Of a DNA stretch of 64,000 nucleotides, positions 18,034 to 28,767 are shown one piece after another; the stretch's first letter is position 1, and every line of letters starts with the position of its first letter. Under the pieces are notes generated by a model. It did not search any database, was not told the origin of the DNA, and saw only the letters and a list, made by a program, of their open reading frames with translations. The stretch is from the IMG/VR virus record IMGVR_UViG_3300031963_000066, positions 20,668 through 84,667 of that record. One strand, written 5' to 3'. Source of the DNA: a virus. The position numbers and the translations under genes are program-made.

Positions 18034-21000
18034 TTATTTAATATCATATGGAGCTGTTGGTACTGTTATAGTTCTTGCATAACCGTTTGTAATTCTCAAA
18101 TCTGCAATGTAGCCAAGGGTACCGTAACCTGACAAGCTACCGTCTTTTGAACCAATGTATATTGGAGCAGTTGTTGCAGTGCCAGTTTGTGTTCCGGAAA
18201 TTGTTGCTGTTCCACCTGCAACACCATTTACATAGAAGGTCATTGTTGTGCCACTACGAACATATGCTAAATGTGTCCATTGATTGGTGTAAACTGTTAT
18301 TGTTCCAAAATAAGCTGTTGCATTATAATATTCCATTCTATAAGAACCAGATACTGCTGATGCCAATGGAGACAAACCAAGGTTCATTGCTGCACCTGTT
18401 GCACCAGCTTGTCTTGAATCCCAAAATCTCCATCTTGTTATTGTGGCATCCGTTGGATATACCCAGCATTCAAATGTAAAGTCACCTGGGAATACTATAA
18501 GACTTGGTTGCGGTCTTACAGCAAGATAATCTGTTTTGGTTGCAAAGTACACAGATGAGAATCTTGAGTTATTGCTGCCTACAAAAGGTTCTAATGTGGT
18601 TATTTTTGCATCACCAGCTTTAGTAATAGTAAATGCATTGGTTGAGTTGTCAATGAATCTATTGGATTGGCAGGTTAACAAGCTGGTGTTTGCTATTGCT
18701 GTTAATGGTGCAGTGGGTGGAGTAAATGCAGAGGTGTAGAGTCCAGTGCCTTTTACTATTCTAAAATTACTACAATGGCCAAAAGCATTGTTTGTACCAC
18801 TAGCATTTTGTGTACCAAAATACAAGAATGTTAATGTAAATGTGTAATTCCCCGAATCAGAATAATTTGTATTTACCTGCACTCCATTTGAAAATATTCT
18901 AGTTATTCCCGAATTTCTACAAATTGCTATATGGTTCCAAGTATCTTTAATTAACGCATTTGCTGTTGAAACTGTTCTTGTTGCAGCGGAAGCGCCATAA
19001 AATCCAATACTCATATTAGTGTTTTGCTGTACTAAAAATCTCCCCGAACTATTATTGTCATATATGTCAAGAAGGTATCGGGTAGTTCCTGAATCTAGTG
19101 GATAATACCACCATTCAACAGTAAAATCTCCTGTACCTAGTGCAAGATTTGAGTTTGGAGGGATAGTTAGGTAATCCCCAGTACCATCAAAGTATGCACT
19201 GTATGTATCATAGTATGGCGAATTGTTGGCCACATATCTTGAGGTACCAAAAGTTTCTATATTACTAATTCTCAATGCATCTGTTACTGATGGACCCACT
19301 GTACTTGCTAACAATAATGTAGTGTTTGATGTTACTGGTGCTGGCCGGTTAGAAGGTACAAATGGTCCGGTGTATAGTGCTTGACCATTAGTCATTCTGA
19401 GGTTTGAAATATACCCTTGGAATGGACCGCTTATAGCACCGGGCAAAGCGGCAGTTCCAATTCCGTGAATGGTTGATGTGTTGTATAACGTTCCCGTCTG
19501 TGTTGCGGTACCGATCACCACACCATTCACAAAAAATCTAACTAAATTTGAACTATCACGGGTAACAGCTACATGGTTCCAAACACCCTTTACATAAGCA
19601 TTATTCACTCCTATGTTTGTGTTCCATGCAGAACCGGTCGTACTTAAAACAGCTTGCATTTGATTTGAAGCGTTACCTCCATCACAGTCAACTCTAACTG
19701 ATGCATATGCACCAGAAGTAGAATTAAATGCAAAAAGTGTTTGCTGTACGCCGGAAGTACTTGTATTGTAGAACCAACACTCCGCAGTAAATGTACCTGC
19801 AATTAATAATGATGCGGTGTAACTTGCATAATCTCCAGTGCCATCAAAATAAACACTGTTACCAAAAGTGTTTGCAGAATAATTTGTTGCATCACTAACA
19901 GTATCAGTAAATGGATTTTGTATGACAGGCTTTGCATTACCGTTGACTGTGATTGCAAATGCATTATTACTGTTGTCAATGAATGTGGTAGACTGACAGG
20001 TCAACAAACTAGTATTGGCAATTGCGGTTAGTGGTGTGGTAGATGGAGTAAAGTTTGAGGTGTAGACTGCGGTGCCGTTAACTACCCTAAAATTACTTAA
20101 ATATCCGGTGAGTCCAAATGTTGATTGTCCGCCTATTTCTAAAGATTTATTTTCACTGACAATAGCAGAACTTGTTCCTGTACCAACAGAAGTTCCATTT
20201 ACATAAAGTGTAAAGTTGGTTGAAGATTTTACTACTGCAATATGATACCATATGTTTAAACCAAAGTTATGAGTTACGCTAACCACAGTTCCACTAGTTT
20301 GTGCAGTTCTCAAAGTTATGGTACCGTCACCCCATAGATACAAATAGGGATTATAAGTAGTAACTCCACTAAACGTCCACAAATTATCGTTAGTTCCTGC
20401 ACCAGGAAAAGCAGTAAAATAATACCATCCTTCTACGGTGAAGTTACCAGAAATATTAAAAGCCGACGATGATGCAACAGTCAAATAATCTCCAGTGCCA
20501 TCAAAGTAACCACTATAACTTGCAGGTGTTACTGTTACTGAACTGAATGGGCTGAATTTTGAAACTGTTGATGCGCCATCACCGCCTTTTGTAATCACAT
20601 TGTTGGCCGCAGAATAATCAACAAATCTATTTGAGTTACAAGTTAATAATATGGTGTTTGCGACTGGTAACAATGGATTAGTACTTGGTGTAAATGCTGC
20701 GGTGTATAGTGCGGTACCTTTTAGAATACGGACATTTGAAATGTAACCGTTAACTGGCCATAATGTATTGCTTAGTTGGCCAATATATAAAGTACTGCTA
20801 GTGTCTTGGTTTCCAGAATAAGTAGTACTTGCTGATTGAGTACCATTTATAAAGATTCGTAGAGTTGTTCCTGATCTACAAACAGCATAATGGTACCATG
20901 TTCCAGCAATAGGTGTGTGACTAGCAATTAAGATTGATGTGTCACCGTTAATCCAATTTAATGTTGGACCGCTAGTGTTATCATACCTTAAAGCCCAACC

Positions 21001-24000
21001 ACTCGATGCGCCAGCATATCGACTAATTATTCCTCTATCGGTCGTAGTAGAGGACCAATTTACCCAACATTCGACAGTAAAATCTCCGGTACCAAAATTA
21101 AATGAAGAACTGGTTGGTATACTCAAAAAATCATTTGCACCATCAAAGTATGCACTCCATGAACTACCAAATGGGCTGAATGAACCTAAATTTGTATTTC
21201 CAAATCCTGTAACCACACTATTAATATTACTTTCATCAACTATTACTTTTGTATTTGAAGATAGGTTTGTCTGAGCTGTTAGTAACACTGTGTTGGCCAC
21301 AGGTGTCAATGGTGCCCAAGAAGGAACAAATGCGCTGGTGTATAATCCAGTACCATTAACAACTCTTACATTGGACAAATATCCAGTCATAGATGAATCT
21401 CGAGCCGCCGATGCACCTACACTAATTCTAGTACCATTACCTCTAGAACCAGATAGTGTTCTTACTGCGCCTGCTGAAGCACCATTTATAAATGCATACA
21501 TGTTGGTGCCAGTTCTCGAAAAGGCCACATGTGTCCAAGTATTGAGTACCATGGCAATTGTTGTATATATATATTCTGTTGCATCTCCGAAAATACCATA
21601 TTTTAACTGCCCTGATGCATTTGTCAATAAAGCAAATCTACCGGACACTTCAGTACCAAACGCAACAAGTGGTTGATTTGCTATAGATGATGTTAAGTAC
21701 ACCCACATTTCTACAGTAAAATCCGCAGGCAAAATACCATTTGATGATTCCGCTCCCAAACAATCCCCAGTGCCATCAAAGTATACTGAACCTTCATTGC
21801 CAACTAAAGTAACTGTTGTTGTGTTTGCAAAAGGTCCGTTTCTTGCTGGACCTGCATTACCATTTGTAGTTATTGTAAGTGCATTACTAGAATTGTCAAT
21901 TACTGTGTTTGCTTGAGCTGTTAAAAATGAAGCTGTAGTTCCAAATGGACTAAATGTGTTGGCAACTGCTGCATCACCAACTTTTGTAATTGTAAATGCA
22001 TTGGTAGAATTATCAATTACTGTACTTGTTTTTGATTGACAGGTCAATAGACTGGTATTGGTAACTGCTGTTAGTGGTGTTGTGGATGGTGTGAATGTTG
22101 TGGTGTATACCGCAGTACCCCTTATCACTCTAAGATTGGAAATGTATCCCTGAACATAGTCGGCTGAACCGCCATTGCCTATCCAGACTGCGTCAGTTAC
22201 TGTTCCTATATTGCCAGACAACGTTGATGTGCCAACACTTGTTCCGTTAAACCACAAAGTGATACCTGTTCCAGATCTAGTCAATGCCACATGGTACCAT
22301 TGGTTTGCTGCTAGTGTAGCTGATGCAGAAATTGCTCCTGTTGATACGCTATTATTGAATATGGCCCTCATTGTTGAACCATTGTTCATTTGAAGCATCC
22401 AGCCCCACACATTGAAGCCCGGATATTGTCCTACTATTACCTGATATCCTGTTACCTTTTCTAGATATACCCAACATTCTACAGTAAAATCAGCTGTGAA
22501 TTGGAATGCCGCATTTCCCGGAACACTCAAATAATCTCCAGTACCATCAAAGTACATGCTGGACCCATTTGTCGGCACCGCTATTAATGCTGCTGTATTT
22601 GCAGATGATGATTGTGTGATTGCTAACGGACTGGTAGGAACAGTAAAGTTGCCGGTGTATACTGCGGTGCCTTTAACTATTCTATAATTTGAAATGTATC
22701 CTATCCATAGATATGAAGTACTATAATAGCCACCCAACACAACATGTGTGCCAGTATAATTAGTTGTATCTGTAATTGATCCACTAGAGCCAATGCTAGT
22801 CTCTAACACGCCATTGATATAAAGTTTAGTAACTCCGGACGCACGAACTAAAGCAAGATGCGTCCAAGTGTTAAATATCAGTTTGTTTGTGCTTGTTGTG
22901 TGTGTAGTATTTACTGCGTACACAGTTATTGCGTTACTGGTAAAAATATTTAAAGCTAAACTATTTGCGGCACTTGCTTTAAATCCACCAGCAGTATCTG
23001 ACTGTTGAAAAATGCCTTGGTTTGCACCAGAGTTAGGATAAACCCAAAACTCAATAGTGAAATCACCTGTACCAAATGCAAATGCAGAATTCGATGGTAT
23101 TGTTAAATAATCCCCAGTGCCATCAAAATACATACTGTAATTATTTGCAGCAGGCACAGTGACTGTTGTTGGTGTACCATTGAATGGGCTAAATGGATTA
23201 ACTTTTGTGTCACCACCCTTTAAGATTGTAAAGTTATTATTTGAATTGTCAATTAGTTTGTTGGATTGGCAAGTTAATAAACTGGTGTTGGCCACATATG
23301 TTAGTGGTGAAGTTGATAGAGTTGTATTTGCGGTATATAATGCGGTGCCATTTATAAATCTAAGATTAGAAATATAACCGTTAAATCCAAATGCTGTGCC
23401 GCTATTATAACCTATGTATGTTGTGCCGCCTGTTGTTAAAGAAGTTGCATAAGTTTGTGTTGTACCTACTTGTAATCCGTTGATAAAGAAATAAACAGAC
23501 GAACCGTTTCGAGTAATAGCAATATGATTCCATGTTCCTAAAGTAATTGATCCTGCGGTTACTGCCACACCCCAAGAACCACCCGGACCCATCAACCATT
23601 GTACAGTTTGATCGGATAACACTTGTACACGAACTGCTCCATATCCCGAACTAGCCGTGTCAGAAATATTAAAAATTGATTGTTGTGTTGCTGAACTGGT
23701 ATTGATCCATGCTTCTACTGTAAAACTATTGGTACCAATATTAAAAGCGGCATTGGTCAATATGGCTAAATAATCACCAGTACCATCAAAGTAGTTACTG
23801 TAATAACCTTCTTTAAAAGGATGAAATTCATTTGGCTTTGTGTCTGCAACAACCACAACTTCATTATTAAATGTACTTAAATCTGTATTGAATGTGTTTC
23901 CATTTGGTACCGGATTTGCACTCATTAACAATGATGCATATTTCCAAAACAAGTCACCAGGAAGATTGATTGTCCAGTTCAAATATCTTGTTGCAGTTCT

Positions 24001-24885
24001 ACTTGTTGTATTTGCTGTTGCAGTTATGATTGATGTATTACTTGCAACAACTGTTGGTGTACCAGAAATTATACCAGTAGAGGTATTCATTGACAATCCA
24101 GTTGGCAATCCACTGGAAGTATACAGTACACCATATCCGGCCGCAGAAGTTGCAACTACTGTCACATTTGATATTGGTAAATTTTGTGTTGCACTAGTTG
24201 TTGTGTTGTTTGCTGGTGATGAGAATGAAACAACATCAGTATTAATCGTCAAACTAAAAGAACGAACAGAATCTTGATTTTGTGCATCAGTTGCTTGTAC
24301 AGTAAACGAATATGTTGTACTTGAACCATCCACAGGTGCAGTACCAGAAATTGTGCCACCAGAACTTAGTGTCGAACCTGAAGGTAAAGAACCAGAAGAT
24401 AATGCATATGTAATTGGTGCATCACCTGTTGCAACAACTGTTGTGCTGATTGCGGTTGTTTCGTATACAGTACCTAATGAACCAGCTGCTGTGGTAAATG
24501 TTGGTACACCAGAATATACCAAACCTGGTACAAGGATACCAGTACCACCATTTGCATTGGTAACAAAAACGGTATAACTACCAGAACCTAATGCGGGAGA
24601 ACTAAATGTAAGGCGTCCAGAATCCAGGAATGTTACTGCACCTATCGTAGTAGACCCAACCAAAACGGTTGCACCTGGTGCGAAACCTGACCCATACAAA
24701 ACGATAACTTGATTGCCTGCTGGGTCTGCTGCGGTATCATTTGTGTCAACATAAGATCCATCAGTTACCGCAAAACGGGTAACAGTAGGTACCAGGAAAG
24801 TTTGTTGGTTAAAATGTTCACCAACTGTAATAAATCCTGTTGAATCTTTTGCTCTCTTGCCTCTGACACCGGCATTAAACATCAA
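18034..24885 (-). CDS. Giant adhesin: N-terminal Ig-like (IPT/He_PIG-type) domains plus nine LamG/concanavalin-A-like domains
   Basis: Nine units start with YFDGTGDYL-type motifs and contain FTVExW, WxHxA and GYISNLR; GSLPSGSTLSSGGTISGT and GLPTGLSM..TGIISGTP Ig motifs. Confidence 0.85.
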   Translation of the reverse strand: MMFNAGVRGKRAKDSTGFITVGEHFNQQTFLVPTVTRFAVTDGSYVDTNDTAADPAGNQVIVLYGSGFAPGATVLVGSTTIGAVTFLDSGRLTFSSPALGSGSYTVFVTNANGGTGILVPGLVYSGVPTFTTAAGSLGTVYETTAISTTVVATGDAPITYALSSGSLPSGSTLSSGGTISGTAPVDGSSTTYSFTVQATDAQNQDSVRSFSLTINTDVVSFSSPANNTTTSATQNLPISNVTVVATSAAGYGVLYTSSGLPTGLSMNTSTGIISGTPTVVASNTSIITATANTTSRTATRYLNWTINLPGDLFWKYASLLMSANPVPNGNTFNTDLSTFNNEVVVVADTKPNEFHPFKEGYYSNYFDGTGDYLAILTNAAFNIGTNSFTVEAWINTSSATQQSIFNISDTASSGYGAVRVQVLSDQTVQWLMGPGGSWGVAVTAGSITLGTWNHIAITRNGSSVYFFINGLQVGTTQTYATSLTTGGTTYIGYNSGTAFGFNGYISNLRFINGTALYTANTTLSTSPLTYVANTSLLTCQSNKLIDNSNNNFTILKGGDTKVNPFSPFNGTPTTVTVPAANNYSMYFDGTGDYLTIPSNSAFAFGTGDFTIEFWVYPNSGANQGIFQQSDTAGGFKASAANSLALNIFTSNAITVYAVNTTHTTSTNKLIFNTWTHLALVRASGVTKLYINGVLETSIGSSGSITDTTNYTGTHVVLGGYYSTSYLWIGYISNYRIVKGTAVYTGNFTVPTSPLAITQSSSANTAALIAVPTNGSSMYFDGTGDYLSVPGNAAFQFTADFTVECWVYLEKVTGYQVIVGQYPGFNVWGWMLQMNNGSTMRAIFNNSVSTGAISASATLAANQWYHVALTRSGTGITLWFNGTSVGTSTLSGNIGTVTDAVWIGNGGSADYVQGYISNLRVIRGTAVYTTTFTPSTTPLTAVTNTSLLTCQSKTSTVIDNSTNAFTITKVGDAAVANTFSPFGTTASFLTAQANTVIDNSSNALTITTNGNAGPARNGPFANTTTVTLVGNEGSVYFDGTGDCLGAESSNGILPADFTVEMWVYLTSSIANQPLVAFGTEVSGRFALLTNASGQLKYGIFGDATEYIYTTIAMVLNTWTHVAFSRTGTNMYAFINGASAGAVRTLSGSRGNGTRISVGASAARDSSMTGYLSNVRVVNGTGLYTSAFVPSWAPLTPVANTVLLTAQTNLSSNTKVIVDESNINSVVTGFGNTNLGSFSPFGSSWSAYFDGANDFLSIPTSSSFNFGTGDFTVECWVNWSSTTTDRGIISRYAGASSGWALRYDNTSGPTLNWINGDTSILIASHTPIAGTWYHYAVCRSGTTLRIFINGTQSASTTYSGNQDTSSTLYIGQLSNTLWPVNGYISNVRILKGTALYTAAFTPSTNPLLPVANTILLTCNSNRFVDYSAANNVITKGGDGASTVSKFSPFSSVTVTPASYSGYFDGTGDYLTVASSSAFNISGNFTVEGWYYFTAFPGAGTNDNLWTFSGVTTYNPYLYLWGDGTITLRTAQTSGTVVSVTHNFGLNIWYHIAVVKSSTNFTLYVNGTSVGTGTSSAIVSENKSLEIGGQSTFGLTGYLSNFRVVNGTAVYTSNFTPSTTPLTAIANTSLLTCQSTTFIDNSNNAFAITVNGNAKPVIQNPFTDTVSDATNYSANTFGNSVYFDGTGDYASYTASLLIAGTFTAECWFYNTSTSGVQQTLFAFNSTSGAYASVRVDCDGGNASNQMQAVLSTTGSAWNTNIGVNNAYVKGVWNHVAVTRDSSNLVRFFVNGVVIGTATQTGTLYNTSTIHGIGTAALPGAISGPFQGYISNLRMTNGQALYTGPFVPSNRPAPVTSNTTLLLASTVGPSVTDALRISNIETFGTSRYVANNSPYYDTYSAYFDGTGDYLTIPPNSNLALGTGDFTVEWWYYPLDSGTTRYLLDIYDNNSSGRFLVQQNTNMSIGFYGASAATRTVSTANALIKDTWNHIAICRNSGITRIFSNGVQVNTNYSDSGNYTFTLTFLYFGTQNASGTNNAFGHCSNFRIVKGTGLYTSAFTPPTAPLTAIANTSLLTCQSNRFIDNSTNAFTITKAGDAKITTLEPFVGSNNSRFSSVYFATKTDYLAVRPQPSLIVFPGDFTFECWVYPTDATITRWRFWDSRQAGATGAAMNLGLSPLASAVSGSYRMEYYNATAYFGTITVYTNQWTHLAYVRSGTTMTFYVNGVAGGTATISGTQTGTATTAPIYIGSKDGSLSGYGTLGYIADLRITNGYARTITVPTAPYDIK

Positions 24886-25241
24886 CTGATCTCCTCAAAC
24901 GAACACACTGCTTGTAATATACTATTGGTACTGGCCGTTAATCTCAATTCATCACCTTCTAACAGATAAATGGAAAGTGTTTTGTCAATGGCTGTGAAAG
25001 ATGTATCTGCTGCAACCGAAATGGTACTGACCAATTTATATGCAGTCGCACTTCTATACAAATCAACTGTTATGTCCGCTGCACTGGTTCCATGAATATT
25101 GGAAATAATCAAAGAATTAATTTTTAATATTTTACCACTGGATGAAGGATTGTTTGCAATAGAAGTCGCCGATGTTGTCACCGATTGTACTTGTGTGTTT
25201 CCATTAATTGTTGTTAGTGCTGCTATGTTTGGGTTTGCCAT
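24882..25241 (-). CDS. Small beta-rich virion adaptor protein
   Basis: 119 aa; MANPNIA..., YLLEGDELR, ends SFEEIS. Confidence 0.65.
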   Translation of the reverse strand: MANPNIAALTTINGNTQVQSVTTSATSIANNPSSSGKILKINSLIISNIHGTSAADITVDLYRSATAYKLVSTISVAADTSFTAIDKTLSIYLLEGDELRLTASTNSILQAVCSFEEIS

Positions 25242-25250
25242 TTTAAATCC

Positions 25251-27785
25251 TTAGAATCCGAAAACAATCGACATTGCAATTGCCTTTGATAATGATGTGC
25301 CACCTGTATTTGCTTGTGAGAATGCTGCATTGGCTTGAATGAATGCAGCATTTGCGGTGCTTCTAGCATATGTATCCGCACCGCCACCAGTATTTGCTTG
25401 TGCAAAGGCCGCATTAGCTTGTGAGTATGCTGCATTCGCCTGGTTAAATGCAGAACTGGAACTAGAACCAGAATTTGCAGTAGCGAATGCAGCATTAGCT
25501 TGTGCGTATGCTAAGTTTGCAGTATTTGCTGCATAAGGGTCTAGAGCACCACCGCCTGTTATCGTGGTCACTTCTACATTTGCACCATTTTCAAATGTAC
25601 TATCGAATGTTACTACATTACCAGAAACAGTATATGTGTCTCTAAGCTGTGTGATACCATCTACAACAGCAATTATATAATTTTCACTTGTTGGTGATGT
25701 ACTTAAAGTGAATGTTGTTGTTCCACCATTTGCAGTAAATCTATCAGAATAAATTGATACTGGTGTTCCTGATCCGCCACCAGTATTAGCTGCCGCAAAA
25801 GCTGCATTTGCCTGAGCAAAGGCTGCATTAGCATAAAGACTTACGGAGTTAGCAGTACCAAATGCTCCGTTAGCATATGTTCCTGCACTGGTTGCCTTAG
25901 CATCAACTGTATTAGCATATCCTATTGCATCGTTGGCATAACCAGATGCAGAATTAGCCGCACCAAATGCTCCGTTTGCATATAAACTTGCCGAGTTTGC
26001 GGCATCAAAGGCCGAGTTTGCCTGATTAAATGCAAAGCTGGCACTAGAACCAGAATTCGCAGCAGCAAAGGCCGCATTGGCATATAGGCTGGCTGAATTG
26101 GCTGCACCAAAAGCAGAATTTGACTGCAAGAAGGCACTGTTAGCATAATTAGATGCCGAGTTAGAAGAACCGAATGCACCGTTAGCAAATGTTCCAGCAG
26201 AGTTGGCCGAATCAAATACACTATTCACATAAGGCAATACATCAATGCCTTTGATTGTAATCGTTGTTGATTTTAGGTTTGCTTTTAATGTTGCAATCTT
26301 AAATGATGCATCATTAATATTGATGTTGTTATCACCACCAATTTCTGGTGTATATTCTTCAAAGAGCTGCCATTCTTTTGTGCCAGAATCTCTTATTAGT
26401 CCGGTGTGTGCATTGACACCATTGTTATAGTGGGATGCAAAACCAATATCTAAAATATCACCGGTGTAATTTCCGGTACCCATGATAAACAAAGTATCGT
26501 TTGCAACAATCTGTGTTGAACTGGTACTAAATGTATTGCCTAATATACTCAAGTTACCAGTAATAGAAACATCACCAGAAATGGTACCACCAGATGTATT
26601 AAATTTTAGGTTGGCTGTTGTAAAAGCACCATTGGCATAATTAGAAGCAGAGTTGGCTGCCGCAAAAGCACTATTGGCATAATTAGATGCTGAATTAGAA
26701 GCATCAAATGCTGCGTTTGCCTGGTTAAATGCAAAACCAGAACTTGAACCGGAGTTGGCTGCAGCAAATGCTGCATTAGCATATAGACCTGCACTTGTGG
26801 CTTTTCCATCTGCTGTATTAGCTGTTGTGAAGGCACCGTTGGCGTATAAACTGGCTGAATTGGATGAACCAAAAGATGCATTGGCCTGTGCAAAGGCACC
26901 ATTTGCATACAAACTTGCTGAGTTGGCCACCGCATATGCAGATATAGCAACATTACTTCCAACATTTGCGGTGTATTGAACAGTTCCGTCAGCAAATGTG
27001 ATGCCGTTTGCACTTGTTCCATTTATAGTTAATGCACCACCTATGGTTACATTTCCACCTATACCCGCACTACCAGTAACAACTATTGCACCACTGGTTG
27101 TCGTTGAAGAATTTGTTGTGTTTGTAAAGTAGGTTGTTTCTGTGAATGTTACAACACCAGTTACATTACCTCCAGTTTTAGGTAATGCATTATTGGCTGT
27201 TATGAAAGCACTATTAGCATACGATGAAGCCGAATTGGCTGCATCAAATGCGGCATTGGCTTGATTAAAAGCAAAGCTGGCACTAGAACCAGAATTCGCT
27301 GCAGCGAATGCCGCATTGGCTCTATCGAATGCTGAGTTTGAATTATCTGTAACTACTGGTACATTACTTAACAATTCACGAACTTGTATCACCGATCCGG
27401 TACTTGGTGCAGTTGTGAAAGTTAATGTTGTACCACTTACACTATAATCAACTATTGGATTTTGTGTAATACCATTATCAAAAACAAGAATACTATTTGA
27501 TGTAGTATTAGCTGTTACTGTAAATGCGGTTGTACTACCATCACCAGTAAATGTTCTTGTCAAATAATACAATGAAGCAGTATTACTACTTGTGATAATT
27601 GCATCATAAGCCAAGTTGGCTTGACTGAAAGCACCATTGGCATATATACTTGCTGAGTTTGCTGCACCAAAAGCCCCATTGGCAAATGAAGATGCTGAGT
27701 TAGCAGTTACAAATGCACCATTGGCAATTGAACTGGCTACCCTTACATCCTTCTTACTTTGGCTGCCAATGTAGGTGAATTGCAT
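25251..27785 (-). CDS. Multi-domain fibre/branch protein with ANxAF stalks and two F-T-G/A-D/N-G-x-T-T-x-F domains
   Basis: YIG motif near the N-terminus; FTGDGSTTAFT and FTANGGTTTFT domains; DIGF..HY domain; C-terminus KAIAMSIVFGF. Confidence 0.7.
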   Translation of the reverse strand: MQFTYIGSQSKKDVRVASSIANGAFVTANSASSFANGAFGAANSASIYANGAFSQANLAYDAIITSSNTASLYYLTRTFTGDGSTTAFTVTANTTSNSILVFDNGITQNPIVDYSVSGTTLTFTTAPSTGSVIQVRELLSNVPVVTDNSNSAFDRANAAFAAANSGSSASFAFNQANAAFDAANSASSYANSAFITANNALPKTGGNVTGVVTFTETTYFTNTTNSSTTTSGAIVVTGSAGIGGNVTIGGALTINGTSANGITFADGTVQYTANVGSNVAISAYAVANSASLYANGAFAQANASFGSSNSASLYANGAFTTANTADGKATSAGLYANAAFAAANSGSSSGFAFNQANAAFDASNSASNYANSAFAAANSASNYANGAFTTANLKFNTSGGTISGDVSITGNLSILGNTFSTSSTQIVANDTLFIMGTGNYTGDILDIGFASHYNNGVNAHTGLIRDSGTKEWQLFEEYTPEIGGDNNININDASFKIATLKANLKSTTITIKGIDVLPYVNSVFDSANSAGTFANGAFGSSNSASNYANSAFLQSNSAFGAANSASLYANAAFAAANSGSSASFAFNQANSAFDAANSASLYANGAFGAANSASGYANDAIGYANTVDAKATSAGTYANGAFGTANSVSLYANAAFAQANAAFAAANTGGGSGTPVSIYSDRFTANGGTTTFTLSTSPTSENYIIAVVDGITQLRDTYTVSGNVVTFDSTFENGANVEVTTITGGGALDPYAANTANLAYAQANAAFATANSGSSSSSAFNQANAAYSQANAAFAQANTGGGADTYARSTANAAFIQANAAFSQANTGGTSLSKAIAMSIVFGF

Positions 27786-27786
27786 G

Positions 27787-28113
27787 TTATGTTATTTCCA
27801 ATAAACTTACAATAACATCGGCTGCCGAAGCATTACTTGTCGAAACTTTAAGTACATCTGCGGCTTCCATAACCAATTTTTGTTCACCACCAATTGTAAT
27901 CAGTGAATTGCCTGGTTCAATCTCAGCCATCTTAACCATATAGTAATCTGATCCACCAGAAGTCAATATCACATTGGCTGTTATGGTTGTGTTTAGTATG
28001 TTTGCGATTGTCATACCAATAACTGTAGTAGATACACCAGAATTAGCAGTATAGATGGTTTCTGCCGATGTTCCGACTGCTGCTCGTAGTTGATTTTTAA
28101 AAGTATTTGCCAT
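27787..28113 (-). CDS. Small beta-rich virion adaptor protein
   Basis: 108 aa; MANTFKN..., KLVMEAADVLKV, ends SLLEIT; AATAAATA at 28132-28139. Confidence 0.65.
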   Translation of the reverse strand: MANTFKNQLRAAVGTSAETIYTANSGVSTTVIGMTIANILNTTITANVILTSGGSDYYMVKMAEIEPGNSLITIGGEQKLVMEAADVLKVSTSNASAADVIVSLLEIT

Positions 28114-28142
28114 TTAAATTTCCTTATCCTTTATTTATTTCA

Positions 28143-28763
28143 TCAACTAAAGGCGATTGTAAATGCAACAATGTCGGCGTTTACATCTAGTGCGGTCGTT
28201 CCTGTATTTGCCTTGGCATAGGCAGCATTCGCATGAGCAAAGGCCGCATTAGCAGATGCAGATGTAATGTTTTGTGATGCATATGCCGAATTGGCCGTTA
28301 GGAAAGCACTATTAGCAAAAGAACCGGAAGAATTGGCTGCATCATATGCGTTGTTGGCCTGTGTTCTGACCCAAGCATCACCACCAGTATTTGCTGTATT
28401 ATATGCCGCATTGGCATGACTAAATGCCGCATTGGCTCTATCAAACGCAGGACCAGGATCACTTCCACCAGACACTGATGCATTAATTGTGATTGTTTTT
28501 GTGGTTGTATTGGTACCGATGGTGATATTATCACCAGCAACAAAAGAGAGTGTGTCGGAACCACTAGTGGCCAATATTAAAGAACTATTGGCATTAATTG
28601 TGTCGAAAGAGAATTGGTTGGTGATATAGGATGTACCACCAAGACTGTTTTTGTAATACAGTTTACCATCGGCATAGTTAAGCGCCAACTCACCATTAGC
28701 TAGGCCTGTTGGTGTGTTTCCTGTGACGCCTGATTTTTTTAACCGTATTGCTGTATTTGACAT
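28143..28763 (-). CDS. Fibre segment: GELA-type N-terminal domain plus ANxAF stalk
   Basis: IRLKKS...LANGELALNYADGKLYYK; C-terminus IVAFTIAFS. Confidence 0.65.
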   Translation of the reverse strand: MSNTAIRLKKSGVTGNTPTGLANGELALNYADGKLYYKNSLGGTSYITNQFSFDTINANSSLILATSGSDTLSFVAGDNITIGTNTTTKTITINASVSGGSDPGPAFDRANAAFSHANAAYNTANTGGDAWVRTQANNAYDAANSSGSFANSAFLTANSAYASQNITSASANAAFAHANAAYAKANTGTTALDVNADIVAFTIAFS

Positions 28764-28767
28764 TTAC

